From an uncultured virus (IMG/VR IMGVR_UViG_3300050821_007029) (taxonomy: Duplodnaviria > Heunggongvirae > Uroviricota > Caudoviricetes), in IMG/VR virus record IMGVR_UViG_3300050821_007029: DNA of 64,000 nucleotides; one strand, given 5' to 3'. Made by a program: the position numbers and the translations under genes. The notes under the pieces were generated by a model, which was not told the DNA's origin, did not search any database, and worked only from the letters and a program-made list of their open reading frames with translations. Each line of letters begins with the position of its first letter. Positions within the stretch are counted from its first letter, which is position 1. This document shows, piece after piece, positions 8,806 to 18,722 of the stretch.

Positions 8806-9056
8806 GCTGACCGTCCCTCGGGCCACCGCGCGTTCACACACGGGCTGAGTCCCAGCCCGTCAACGCGGGCGCCGCTCAGGATGACGCTCTCGGGGATCTG
8901 CTGGGTGCCGGCGGCGGGGCGGCAGCTGAACGACAGCACACCCTGCGCCGCGCCGAGGTAGACGCCGACGAGCATCCGGTCGTAACGCTGCCCGTGGAAG
9001 CGGTAGCGGATGCGGTAGGTGCCGCCTTCGGCCATGCCTGCCGCGAACGCGCTCAT
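8802..9056 (-). CDS. hypothetical protein
   Basis: coupled ORF. Confidence 0.6.
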   Translation of the reverse strand: MSAFAAGMAEGGTYRIRYRFHGQRYDRMLVGVYLGAAQGVLSFSCRPAAGTQQIPESVILSGARVDGLGLSPCVNARWPEGRSA

Positions 9057-9301
9057 GACCCGGCCGCCCTGGTGTCCCGGTCGATCTCGTAGGCGTGGTC
9101 GCAGACACACAGCGCCGCGTCCAGCTGGCACACCGGGCACCGGTCGCCGCCGGCCATCTCGCCTGGCAGGCCACCGACTTCCAGGTACATGGCCTCGTCA
9201 CCGGCCACGGTGAGCACCAAGCCGCCCTCGTCGATGCCGACCTCCGCGTCATCGGGCAGCGTGTCGCCCCACTCGCGGATGTCCGCCCATTTCATTGCCA
9301 T
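9053..9301 (-). CDS. hypothetical protein with CxxC
   Basis: AAGGAG RBS; coupled. Confidence 0.6.
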   Translation of the reverse strand: MAMKWADIREWGDTLPDDAEVGIDEGGLVLTVAGDEAMYLEVGGLPGEMAGGDRCPVCQLDAALCVCDHAYEIDRDTRAAGS

Positions 9302-9407
9302 CGTGTTTCTCCTTGGTCGTATCGGCGGGCGGCGAGTTCCTCCCACAGGTCGCAGACGAACTCGCCCATGAGTGTCTGGAACTCGCGGCCCAGCCACCGC
9401 AGCAGTC

Positions 9408-9707
9408 TCATCGCGGGCCTCCGGTCTTGCACAGTGGGCAGTGCCGGCTGGCGCCGCCCTGGTTCTTGATCCGGCGTTCCCGGGTGCGGTCACCCGGCCA
9501 GGTGCGGGCCAGCTGGAAACCGATGCCAGCCGCGGCGAACGCGGCCGTGATGGGAACCCCCGCTGTGCCGCGCGCGTGGTGGGTGAGCCTGGCCGGCAGA
9601 TTCCGCGCCCACCCGGTGTAGTGCTGGGCGGTGCCGTACTTGCTGGCCGGGTTCCCGATCGCCGCCGCGTAGTGCAGCAGATAGATCGTGCCTGGCTCGC
9701 CGTTCAT
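9408..9707 (-). CDS. GIY-YIG-like endonuclease
   Basis: TIYLLH...HYTGW...RLTHH...ERRIK. Confidence 0.75.
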   Translation of the reverse strand: MNGEPGTIYLLHYAAAIGNPASKYGTAQHYTGWARNLPARLTHHARGTAGVPITAAFAAAGIGFQLARTWPGDRTRERRIKNQGGASRHCPLCKTGGPR

Positions 9708-9901
9708 GCCGCGCCGGCCCGGGTGAGCCAGTGGGCGCTTCCGGCGCCGCGTTCGCTGATCGCCTTGGCCAGCGCCTGATCGAAGTCGGTGCCGGCGATG
9801 GACAGTTCCGCGACACGCTGGCAGAACGCGTCATCCTCGCCGGTGTATTCGGGTGGGTCAGCCGTCTCCCAGACGGCGGGTGTGCGGTCCGTGATGTTCA
9901 T
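9704..9901 (-). CDS. hypothetical protein
   Basis: downstream of CCCAGCCACCACG leader; coupled to next gene. Confidence 0.6.
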   Translation of the reverse strand: MNITDRTPAVWETADPPEYTGEDDAFCQRVAELSIAGTDFDQALAKAISERGAGSAHWLTRAGAA

Positions 9902-9997
9902 CGTGGGCATCCCCAGAGATCGTGGTGGCTGGGTTTTTGGTGGTTCCGGGCGGCCCGGCCGGGCGCTGAGATTGATCCCGGCCGGGCGCCGGGCCGG

Positions 9998-10174
9998 CTA
10001 CGGCTTGACGTAGGCGTTGAGGCCGAGGATCACGTTCGTGCCGTCGATGGTCTGGTTGCCGCGGGTCGACGCGACCGCGATGGTCTTGCCGCTCGCAGAC
10101 GCGCCGTACCGCTTCGACAGGTCGATCGTGATGACGGCCTTGCCGTTGGTGACCTTGATGTCGATGTTCTGCAT
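9998..10174 (-). CDS. 58-aa beta-rich hypothetical protein (absent from ORF track)
   Basis: MQNIDIKVTNGKAVITIDLSKRYGASASGKTIAVASTRGNQTIDGTNVILGLNAYVKP; GGAGG RBS directly after a promoter. Confidence 0.8.
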   Translation of the reverse strand: MQNIDIKVTNGKAVITIDLSKRYGASASGKTIAVASTRGNQTIDGTNVILGLNAYVKP

Positions 10175-10190
10175 GTCTGGTGCCTCCGGT

Positions 10191-10247
10191 GTGGTGGTTG
10201 GAGTTTCTACCTAACCCCATTCTATGTAGAAAAGAGGGGGCGTTCAA
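10191..10247 (-). promoter_or_regulatory. box-containing promoter TTGAAC-17-TAGAAT plus inverted second box at 10204-10210
   Basis: TTTTCTACA abuts -10; CAACCACCAC leader. Confidence 0.85.
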
Positions 10248-11211
10248 CCTCCTTGGGGAAGCATTCAAGCTGGTCAGCGCCACAATCGGCGCTGGTCTTG
10301 TCTGGGCGGAACCTGACCAGATGCGGGTGACGCAAACGCCGGCGGGCGGTGACCAGCTGCGCCATGACCTCAACCACACGCCCCGTGTAACCCATGCGGA
10401 GTGAGCCGTCTGGGTTGCTCAGGTGGCGGCGCATCCCGGCGGTCATGTTCCCCACCGACGCCACCGGGAACAGGACACCGTTCGGCAGCATCACCGCCAC
10501 CTCAATCGACCCCACCAGGCCCTTCACGCCGTTGTGACCCGGTGTGTAGAAGCCGGTGAGGACCAGGTCGGCGGTGGCGAACAGCTTCACCTTCTGCCAG
10601 TCGCCAGACCGTTTCCCCGGCTGGTAGCGGCTCCCGCGCCGTTTCAGCATCACACCCTCACCACCGGCGCCGAGCACACCGCGGATCGCCTCCCCCGTCG
10701 CGGGCAGCGTGGGAACCAGCTCCACATGGCAATCCGGGTGGCGTGAGCGGAGTTCCGCCACGACCACGTCCAGGCATTCACGGCGGCTCTCCCACGGCTG
10801 GCTGGTGATGTCCACGCCGGCGAGGACCGGCACGTCGAACACGTGGAACGTCGCGGGCCCGAAACACCGCTGCAACTCGGCGGCCCGCCCGGGCCCGGAG
10901 TTGAACAGCCCAGCGGTGTCACCCAGCAGCGCCTTCGCCGCGCCCGGTCGGGCGGGGGCGACCAGCTCGCCGTCGAGGACCGTGCCCGCGAGGACCGGCA
11001 CAACGGCGTCACGCAGACGCGGGAACGACGACGCGCGGGTGCCGCCGAACCCGTTGACAGTGGCGCCGAGGGTCAGCTGGGCGCGGCAGCCGTCTAGTTT
11101 CGGTTCCGCCGCCCACGCTGGGGTGAGGTACTCGCCGATGCCGGTGAACGGGTCGGGCGCGTCCCAGTGCAGCCACGGTTTCAGGTCCCGCGCCTTCATC
11201 GGCGCGATCAT
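10222..11211 (-). CDS. ATP-dependent DNA ligase
   Basis: motif I EPKLDG, LDGEL, FDV, EGVMLK, WQKVK, OB-fold RHP. Confidence 0.9.
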   Translation of the reverse strand: MIAPMKARDLKPWLHWDAPDPFTGIGEYLTPAWAAEPKLDGCRAQLTLGATVNGFGGTRASSFPRLRDAVVPVLAGTVLDGELVAPARPGAAKALLGDTAGLFNSGPGRAAELQRCFGPATFHVFDVPVLAGVDITSQPWESRRECLDVVVAELRSRHPDCHVELVPTLPATGEAIRGVLGAGGEGVMLKRRGSRYQPGKRSGDWQKVKLFATADLVLTGFYTPGHNGVKGLVGSIEVAVMLPNGVLFPVASVGNMTAGMRRHLSNPDGSLRMGYTGRVVEVMAQLVTARRRLRHPHLVRFRPDKTSADCGADQLECFPKEVERPLFST

Positions 11212-11426
11212 TGGCGTGGGTGGACGTGGGCGGAGATCCGGGAACAGGACCGGCGGCCGCACGGCGCCGCTGGGCTCCTGCCGGGGTGGACTTTGGTGTC
11301 CCATTCGCCGGTGTCAGCCCACGCCTGGGCTTCGCGCTTGGCGGCGTTTTCGTGGGGGAACGTGCGTGACGCGCAGACGACCGTGGGATCGGCCAGGCGC
11401 GTGCGGAGAATGTGGTAGCCGGACAT
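11208..11426 (-). CDS. hypothetical protein
   Basis: AGGAGG RBS after promoter. Confidence 0.7.
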   Translation of the reverse strand: MSGYHILRTRLADPTVVCASRTFPHENAAKREAQAWADTGEWDTKVHPGRSPAAPCGRRSCSRISAHVHPRQ

Positions 11427-11439
11427 GGTGTCCTCCTGC

Positions 11440-11515
11440 GTGGTGGTCGGTACTACCACCATTCTACAGTGCGGAACGTCCGGCGTCAGTTACGGAGCGT
11501 GTGACGCCTGTCTCA
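11440..11515 (-). promoter_or_regulatory. promoter CTGACG-17-TAGAAT with CRP-like box 11500-11515
   Basis: tgtga-cgcctg-tctca; GACCACCAC leader. Confidence 0.65.
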
Positions 11516-12079
11516 GCTGTTGAGCTCGCCGTACGGCCGGTCATCAGCGGGGGTGGACTTCGGGAACGGCGGCGCGTCCGGCTGATCCGCGGTAGAGACG
11601 CCGCCCTTCGACACCGTGGAGTACGGGTTGAGAGTGACAGCGCCGTCGCCGTCGGGCTGTGAGGCGACACCCGACTTCGACACTTCCTCATACGAGGGAT
11701 TGACCTTGCCCATGTCGTCCTCCTCGGGGGCTGGTTCCGGTTCCGACTCTACGCCGTGTTTCTGGCGGATGACCCCGCCACACTCACGGGAGCAGGTGCG
11801 GGTCCGGCGGCCGCCGGACAGTGCCCTGGACCGGAACGGCCGCCCGCAGCCCTCGCAGATCCGCATCGCCGCCTCGACGCGGCAGTCGTTGCACACCGGC
11901 TGGGGCAGGCTCCGCGGCGATGTCGCTAACGGCTTCCCGCATGATCCGCAGGTGACCCCAGACTTCGCGATCACGCCGGAGCGGCGGCAGCGGTCGCAGC
12001 AGTAGCGGGCGCGGCGTGAGCGGGCGGTGAACACCGTCCCGCAAGGGCACGTCACCCGGTAGGACGTCATCTGGTCCAC
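11513..12079 (-). CDS. multi Zn-finger (CxxC repeat) protein
   Basis: several CxC/CxxC pairs; possible internal start at 11713 after GAGGAGG. Confidence 0.65.
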   Translation of the reverse strand: MDQMTSYRVTCPCGTVFTARSRRARYCCDRCRRSGVIAKSGVTCGSCGKPLATSPRSLPQPVCNDCRVEAAMRICEGCGRPFRSRALSGGRRTRTCSRECGGVIRQKHGVESEPEPAPEEDDMGKVNPSYEEVSKSGVASQPDGDGAVTLNPYSTVSKGGVSTADQPDAPPFPKSTPADDRPYGELNS

Positions 12080-12152
12080 GTGCCTGGCGGCTGGGCGCTC
12101 CCTCGCGGGTCCAGCCGCCAGGCACGTGACTTGTCAGTGAGCGTAGACGCCG

Positions 12153-12269
12153 CTACTGGCCGAGGCGTCCGACACGGCTGAAGCCGTTCCAGATGACCCG
12201 GAAGTACGGCGTCAGGACGATCTTCTGCTCGCCGCCGACACTGGTGACGCTTGACCCGAAACTCAGCAT
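12153..12269 (-). CDS. 38-aa small protein
   Basis: GAGGAG RBS; MLSFGSSVTSVGGEQKIVLTPYFRVIWNGFSRVGRLGQ. Confidence 0.55.
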   Translation of the reverse strand: MLSFGSSVTSVGGEQKIVLTPYFRVIWNGFSRVGRLGQ

Positions 12270-12370
12270 GGGATGTCACTCCTCTCGGTTGCCTGCTGTG
12301 GGCACACGCCCGCAAGGGTAGGGCGCTGATTCACGTCTGGTGGCGGAAACGTGAATCTGACCGGCGCCGT

Positions 12371-12889
12371 TCATGTTCGGGTGAACAGTGAGCGGATCCG
12401 CCGCCACCACAGCGCCAGCCGGCTCGGGTGCCCGATCACGTGTTCCAGGTGGCCGGTGGCGCTGACCGGGAGCTCATCCATCCAGAACGGCGGCGAATTA
12501 GGCGGCGTCCGCACACGGACCTGCTGGCCGTGGCCGCAGGTGAAGGGCCAGTCCAGGTTCACCCACGCCCGCAGCGCCACGTCCAGGCCCAGGTCACAGA
12601 TATCCGCGCCGTCGGCGTGTTCCCACACGGGCTGCTGAACGAAGTAGAAGCCCCTCAGTTGCGGGACGGCGCCGCGGAACCCGGCGCGGTCACTGACCCA
12701 GTCGATGGGTGCCCGCGCGGCGTCCGTGGGACCCGGCTCTTCATAGCTGTGCTCCGGGCCGCCGATGGTGACGGAGTCGAAGAAGGCGGTCGCCGCTGCG
12801 GCGGCATCATCCGAGCCAGGAGGCGGTTCGGTGCCTCGCGCCGGGTCGTTGAGCGCCGCGTCGCACGCGTGCCGCCAGATTTCACTCAT
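12371..12889 (-). CDS. hypothetical protein
   Basis: GGAAGG RBS before MSEIWRH. Confidence 0.65.
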   Translation of the reverse strand: MSEIWRHACDAALNDPARGTEPPPGSDDAAAAATAFFDSVTIGGPEHSYEEPGPTDAARAPIDWVSDRAGFRGAVPQLRGFYFVQQPVWEHADGADICDLGLDVALRAWVNLDWPFTCGHGQQVRVRTPPNSPPFWMDELPVSATGHLEHVIGHPSRLALWWRRIRSLFTRT

Positions 12890-13109
12890 CGCCGTTTCCT
12901 TCCTCGCGTGGGCAGCTGGACCAGCAGCCCTGGCCGATGTCCCAGTCCACCTCGAACGTCCCCGCCCGCACCGCTCCGTGGCGGTGATCCGTGGTGACGA
13001 ACAGAACCCAGTGGCCGCTGCAGCCCCGGGCCAACATCCGCTCGATCGGCAGCCCAGTCGCTTTCGCGTAGCGGCGGACCGTTTTCGGCGCCAGCGCCTG
13101 CCTACCCAA
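12882..13109 (-). CDS. hypothetical protein (paralog of 13102-13470)
   Basis: RRYAKATGLPI...DHRHGAV shared. Confidence 0.7.
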   Translation of the reverse strand: MGRQALAPKTVRRYAKATGLPIERMLARGCSGHWVLFVTTDHRHGAVRAGTFEVDWDIGQGCWSSCPREEGNGDE

Positions 13110-13470
13110 TGGGGCGCCTCGGGCACGACTGCCAGTGCTCCACCGGCTCGGGTTCGAACACGACTTCCATCGTGGTGGCGTGGACCGCGCCGTGGCGGTG
13201 GTCGCTGGTGAGGAACCGCTGCCACCGCCACTGCCCCCGGCGCCGGCGCAGCATCCCGATGATGGGGAGGCCGGTGGCTTTGGCGTAGCGGCGGGCGGTG
13301 GCGTCGGACAGGGGCACCCACACGCTCATGTCACCTTCGCATGGCCACGCCAGCCGCAGCGCCAGCTCAGCGAGACGGTCGCTCTCACGTTTGGTGCGCT
13401 GCGCGCTGATGACCGGCTGGGCCAGGCGGCGGAGTTCGGTGAGTTCCTCAGCGGTCAGTGACTTCATCAT
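13102..13470 (-). CDS. hypothetical protein (paralog of 12882-13109)
   Basis: RRYAKATGLPI...DHRHGAV shared. Confidence 0.7.
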   Translation of the reverse strand: MMKSLTAEELTELRRLAQPVISAQRTKRESDRLAELALRLAWPCEGDMSVWVPLSDATARRYAKATGLPIIGMLRRRRGQWRWQRFLTSDHRHGAVHATTMEVVFEPEPVEHWQSCPRRPIG

Positions 13471-13901
13471 GGCGTGTGGTCCACCACGGCGTACGGGTTC
13501 ATGCCCGGGCCGTGATCCGGGTAGAACACGCGGTCGTTATCCAGGCGGAAGAACTCCATCGCCTCGTGGCGTTCCACGTCGAAGATCCGGTCGAGCAGCC
13601 AGCGGCGCCACCACGCGGGGGGGCCGTCGAACGCCAGCGCACCCCAGGGCACGGGGAACGTGTGGGTCACGCGCAGCATGCGGCTGGGGTCGTCGCTGTC
13701 GGGCGCCTCCACCTCGATCAGCAGGCGTCGCACTGGCTCCAGGCCGTCCACCAAGATGGTCGTGGCGGTGGTGGCATAGTTTCCCGTGGTTGCGTCGCTG
13801 CTTATCTGGCCGGCGCCCAGGTTGAACGTGGGTCCTTCGGTGAGGCGGAACCGCCACCCCGGCTTGTACCGCACCGAGGCGACCAGTTCGGGGATGTTCA
13901 T
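13467..13901 (-). CDS. phage hypothetical protein
   Basis: YKPGWRF...ERHEAMEFF...PDH; coupled. Confidence 0.7.
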   Translation of the reverse strand: MNIPELVASVRYKPGWRFRLTEGPTFNLGAGQISSDATTGNYATTATTILVDGLEPVRRLLIEVEAPDSDDPSRMLRVTHTFPVPWGALAFDGPPAWWRRWLLDRIFDVERHEAMEFFRLDNDRVFYPDHGPGMNPYAVVDHTP

Positions 13902-14220
13902 GGCTGGTGCTCCAATCCTGTGAGGGCCGTCTCGGAGACCAGCTGGGCGGAGATCCTGATGGGGTCGGCCGTGGCGGCGACTGACGTCCAGCCCGCGCGC
14001 AGGTACACGGCGGCGAGGTCACGGTCGCTGATGAGGCCTTTGCGGGCGGCGCGGGCGAACCGCCCCAAGTGCATCCCGGTCAGGAACGTCAGCGGCACGC
14101 CGAAGATGTCAGGCTCTGGGCGACGCTGGCAGGGCTGGTCCGGCTCGGCGGGGCAGTTGTCGCAGCGGACCAAGCGGGCCCGGCCCCACACCAGCAGCAG
14201 CGGCACCGGCACCGGCGCCG

Positions 14221-14481
14221 TCATGGCCGCCACTCCGCGCGGTACAGCGGATGATCCTCATACACGGCGCCCAGGATCCTCACGACCCGCTCCATGACAA
14301 GGTGTTCGCGGGTGTCCTCACGGCGCGCGTCGTCCGCCAGGCCCAGCAACTGCCGGTGCGCCTCCACCGTGCGTGTCGCCTCACCCATGCGGGACTGGCC
14401 AGCGGCGAGTTCAGCGTCACGGGCGGCCCGCCACGCCTCGCCGTAGCGGGCCGCGAGGAACGCCAGCAGTTCCTCCATCAT
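14221..14481 (-). CDS. DUF6221 family protein
   Basis: LLAFLAAR...VYEDHPLYRAEWRP. Confidence 0.75.
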   Translation of the reverse strand: MMEELLAFLAARYGEAWRAARDAELAAGQSRMGEATRTVEAHRQLLGLADDARREDTREHLVMERVVRILGAVYEDHPLYRAEWRP

Positions 14482-15422
14482 GGCGTCCCCGTTTCCCGCC
14501 GGGCCACGGTCGGCGGCTTGTGTGTTTCCTGCCACACGGCGAGCTCATCACCGGCGCAGACGGTGACGTCACCGCAGGAACAGGTCGCCTCCACACCGCC
14601 GATCGCCATCGACGAACGGTACGACTGCCCGAAGTGGACACGCTGGCCGGTGCGCGGATCACAGTGGTGGGGGCATTCCCACATACCCACGATGTACAGG
14701 CGCCCATGCTGGGCGTGCCACTCAGCGTCCGGGGTGACGTCGATCCGCTGCACTGTGACTTGTTCACCGCAGACCGGGCACTCCGGCGGGACCAGCGCGG
14801 CGAACTCGGCGGTGGTGAGACCGTCGCGGAACTTGGGCAGCAGCGACAGTGTCGCCGGGTCGATGGTCAGTTTCACCGGCGCCGTCATCCGGTGTCTTCC
14901 TTCTCCTGCCCATGCCACCGCTCATGGAGGGTGTTGATGTCCGCTTCCACGTTATGGAGCGCGGCGAGGTTCCCGGTGACGACAGCGGCGATGATGCGCG
15001 GGCCGCAGCGCAGGAGACTGACCTGTTTGTGAAGCCACCTACGCATGGGCGCCTCCAGTCAGGTTCGCGGCGAGGACGTGGCGGCAGCCGTCACAGTCCC
15101 CGCACGGCTTGTTCACGCCATCACGGACACAGCTCCACGACCCGTCGGGGCGGTAGAAGCGGATGTCGGCCACCAGGAGCTAGCTCGCGGATGACGGTGG
15201 TCCAGTCGTATTGCCAGGCGTCAGCCTTGAGTTCCCGTGTGCGTATCTCGCCGCCTTCCCGCCATGCCACGTCCACCGAAGCCCATCCACCTGACGCGTA
15301 CGCGGCGCAGTCCGATGAGAACTCCACCGACCCAGGGTCGGGGCGGGCGCCGGGGAACTTCGCCCGCACCCACGCCTGCGCGCGGACGTCGTATTCGGTG
15401 GTGGTGGTCATCATTTCCCTCC

Positions 15423-15827
15423 TCAGTGTTGTGGGCTGGCCTGGCACGCCTTCAGGAGCGCCTCAGCGTCTTTCAGCAGCGGCAGCGTGTTCTGGACCAT
15501 GCTGGTGCCGCCGTTCCCGGGGCCGAGCGCCACCGCGAGGCGGACCGCGGCGGTGAACTCGCGGTGGGTGTGCCAGTGCGCTGAAGTGAGCCACCCCACC
15601 ACCATCGAATCGTCCGCCGGTGTTTGGGCGCCGTTACGTCCGGAGACATAGTTGGCGGCGTTCACCGCCGCCGAGCACGCCGGTGACAGGTTTCCCTGGT
15701 GGCCGGCGAGGTGAACCGCGAACGCGGCACCAGCCGCGCACACCACGATGGCGGCGGCCGCGGCACCGGCGAGGAACACCCACGACTGGTCCGCCAGCCA
15801 CGCCCACGGCCACCGCCGGCGGCTCAT
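15423..15827 (-). CDS. membrane-anchored hypothetical protein
   Basis: N-terminal TM helix; coupled. Confidence 0.6.
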   Translation of the reverse strand: MSRRRWPWAWLADQSWVFLAGAAAAAIVVCAAGAAFAVHLAGHQGNLSPACSAAVNAANYVSGRNGAQTPADDSMVVGWLTSAHWHTHREFTAAVRLAVALGPGNGGTSMVQNTLPLLKDAEALLKACQASPQH

Positions 15828-16138
15828 CGGTGCGCCGCCTCATACCGTGCGGTGATGTCGGCCGGGATCCGGCCACGTTCACTGATCGGCAGCCCCTTCT
15901 GTTTCGCCCACGCGCGGACGTCCTCGGTGCGGCGCCGGTGAGCGGCGTCACGCCGTTTCCCCGCGGGCCGCCTGCGGCCCTTGTCCGCGTAGCGGGTGAC
16001 CGTCTCGCGGAGTTTCTTCGCCCGCGCCGCCGTCAAATCCGTCTCATATTCGGCGCCGTCGAGGGCGAACCTGACCGTCTCATCGGCTGGGGTGCCATCC
16101 CAGTCGTCAACCAGCTCGACGTGTATCTTCTGCGCCAT
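15824..16138 (-). CDS. lsr2: Lsr2 nucleoid-associated protein
   Basis: MAQKIHVELVDDWDG...VRAWAK...ERGRIP. Confidence 0.92.
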   Translation of the reverse strand: MAQKIHVELVDDWDGTPADETVRFALDGAEYETDLTAARAKKLRETVTRYADKGRRRPAGKRRDAAHRRRTEDVRAWAKQKGLPISERGRIPADITARYEAAHR

Positions 16139-16391
16139 GCGCCATCTCCTTTTCCAGCAGGCCATTGAGTTTCCCCACCGGGAGTTCCCGCCCAGCGGGC
16201 ATCACGGCGCGGGTCACGCCGAACGAGTCAAATGCCGTCCACGGATCCACCGCGCTGGCGAGGCGGCGGCCGGTGGCGACCAGAGCCTCAGCAGCCGCCT
16301 TAGTGTTCTCCGGGCCGAGCAGGACACCCACCTTCTGCCGCGGCCCCGGGTTCCGGATGACCGTCACGTAGAAGCCCTTCGCGCCGCTCAC
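16107..16391 (-). CDS. hypothetical protein
   Basis: coupled ORF. Confidence 0.6.
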   Translation of the reverse strand: MSGAKGFYVTVIRNPGPRQKVGVLLGPENTKAAAEALVATGRRLASAVDPWTAFDSFGVTRAVMPAGRELPVGKLNGLLEKEMAHGAEDTRRAG

Positions 16392-17078
16392 AGCTTGCGC
16401 TCCTCAGCGGCGGCGCGGAGGCGGCCGACGTTGCGTTCCTCAGCCCACTCCGCCGCGCTCACACGGCCCCAATCGAGTTCACGGTCACGCGGCGCGTCCG
16501 GCTGGCCAGCGCGGGGATGGTGTTCCTTCACGACGTCGCGGATCGCGTCCAGAGCGTCCCGCGCCTGTTCCAGTTCCCGTTCCAGCCGGTCCGCCTTCAC
16601 CGTCAGCGTGGCCAGCCGCTGCTTCAGCTGCTCATCAGCGCGGGCGGCGCGGATCCCATCGACCTCTACGGCGGCCGCCGCGGACAGACCGCACTGGGGG
16701 CACCGTTCACCAGCGGCGAACGCGCGCAGGACATCACTTCCGTGGCTGCCACACGCCGGGCATGTGCGCTTCTCACTCATGACGGCACCCGCCCTTACCG
16801 GTGTTCCCAGCGGCGCGCCCGCGTCAGCTTGGCCACCCGCCAGGCGAAGCAGCCCGGGTAGGACCACCAGAACATCATCAGCAGCCACGACAGGGACAGG
16901 GTGTAGCGGACCGCCAAAGCGACACAGGCGATCAATACCAGGCCGAGTCCCCAGTCCCGCCACACTTTCGCGGCGTTGGCGTTTCCTCCGCGCCTGAGTG
17001 TCCAGGCGCGGAGGAAACAGATGGCGTACACCGCGACGGCGGCGGACACGAAATCACCGATCAGGTTGATGGCGGTGT

Positions 17079-17567
17079 TCATGAGGCCCGTTTCCTTTCC
17101 CGCGCCGCTTCGATCAATGGCAGCATCGGCCCGGCCACGTCGGCGTACTGTCCTGTCTCCCGCAGCAGCTCACAAACGAGACGCCCCGCGCGGGTAATGT
17201 TGTGAACGTGGCCGGGCCGGGCTCCGCGCTTGATGTACTCGTCGGTCCACACCAGGCCGTCCCCATGTGGCGGGCGCCCGGTCAGGTAGGTCTGGGTGGT
17301 GGGTTTGGCGCGGTACAGGTGCTCGTATTTCGGCCACACGTTCACGACCAGGCCGCGGCTGATCAGGCCGCCCACGGCGGTGACGTCCAGCTGATGGGCA
17401 CGGGAGATGCCACGCACCTGGCTGTAGTTCAGCCGCGCCTCGGCGGCGAGTTCCAGGTCGAGGCGGACCAGGGCGACGACGTGGGTTTTGCCGAGGTGCA
17501 GGACGAACGCCGACGACGTGACGTAGTCACGCAGCACCGGGTTCGGGCAGTCGGTCACCGCGTCCAC
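17079..17567 (-). CDS. hypothetical protein, possible wHTH
   Basis: LISRGLV...ITRAGR pattern. Confidence 0.55.
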   Translation of the reverse strand: MDAVTDCPNPVLRDYVTSSAFVLHLGKTHVVALVRLDLELAAEARLNYSQVRGISRAHQLDVTAVGGLISRGLVVNVWPKYEHLYRAKPTTQTYLTGRPPHGDGLVWTDEYIKRGARPGHVHNITRAGRLVCELLRETGQYADVAGPMLPLIEAARERKRAS

Positions 17568-17917
17568 CCTCCGGGTTTCTGGGCGCGGTCCCAGGCGTAG
17601 CGGATGGGGCCGCCGAGGACGCGCTGGCGCAGCCGGTACCGCCAGTTGGCTTCGGCGTCACGCAGCGCGTCGAGGCCCCGCTGGGTGATCACGTATTCGC
17701 GGATCAGGTACGACGGGCCGCCGGGGCCATCGGGGAGCCACATAGCGCGCTCGTCATCGATCAGGCCCCACTTGGCCAGGTGCCGCAGTATCGGATACAG
17801 GCTGCCCGGACCCCGGTGGTCCCGGGCGCCGATGAGCCTGGCGGGCATCTTCACGCCGCTGAACTCCAGGATGCGCAGGACATCCATCTGGGCCAGCGTC
17901 AGCCTCCGGCGGGTCAC
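17555..17917 (-). CDS. PadR-like winged-helix regulator
   Basis: GSLYPILRHLAKWGLI...YVITQRG. Confidence 0.75.
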   Translation of the reverse strand: MTRRRLTLAQMDVLRILEFSGVKMPARLIGARDHRGPGSLYPILRHLAKWGLIDDERAMWLPDGPGGPSYLIREYVITQRGLDALRDAEANWRYRLRQRVLGGPIRYAWDRAQKPGGWTR

Positions 17918-18722
17918 CGCGTGGCCTCCATCGCCTGCTGGAGGATCTGCGCGCACGTCGCCGACGCGGCCCACCCGCCAGAGCCGTCCGGGTCGTCGAG
18001 GACCCGCTGCACGGCCGCCCGCAGCGCCGCGAGCCTGGCCGCGTCATCGGGTGCTCCGGGGGCGGTGCCGCTGTTGTGGTCGATCAGATGCTGGGACCGC
18101 TCGGCGTTCGCTTCGTTGTAGGTGGCGTGCTCGCCGCCGCGCCAGCCGCAGCCAGCCAGGCGGCAGTAGGCGCGGTGGAACTTCGCCACCTGAGCGTCCT
18201 GCGCGCGGATCGGGCGCGGCGCCATCACAGGCCCCCAGCCGGGCCGGTGTCGGGAAGGACCCCAGCCGCCGCCACCCCACCGCCATTCGGATCGGAGCCT
18301 TCCTGCAGCCCGGCGACGTAACACGCGCGGCCGAACAGGCGGGCGAACTCCATCATCGCCGCCGGGTGCAGCCGCCCCGGGCTGCCGCCGCCGCACTGGA
18401 CGGTCACCCAGCCGTAGTCGACACCCACCACGATCGGGGCGCCGTCGCCGTCGGCCAGGCGGCCGATCTCACGCACCTGCGGATCCGCCATCGGACTGTC
18501 CTTTGCTGTTGAGACTGCTCATGAACGTCACACACCCGGTCATCTGAACCGCCTGCGTGGCGGCCGCCAAGGCGGACACGCCAGCGCCGTCAAGCACCGC
18601 GTAGCCCAGCACACCGCCACGCGGACCCAGCACGGCCACCGTCACGTTGCCATCAGCACCCACCTGGACTTGGAGGGTGTTGCCGTTCAGGCCACTGATC
18701 TCCCGGCTGAACTCAGGCTCGG

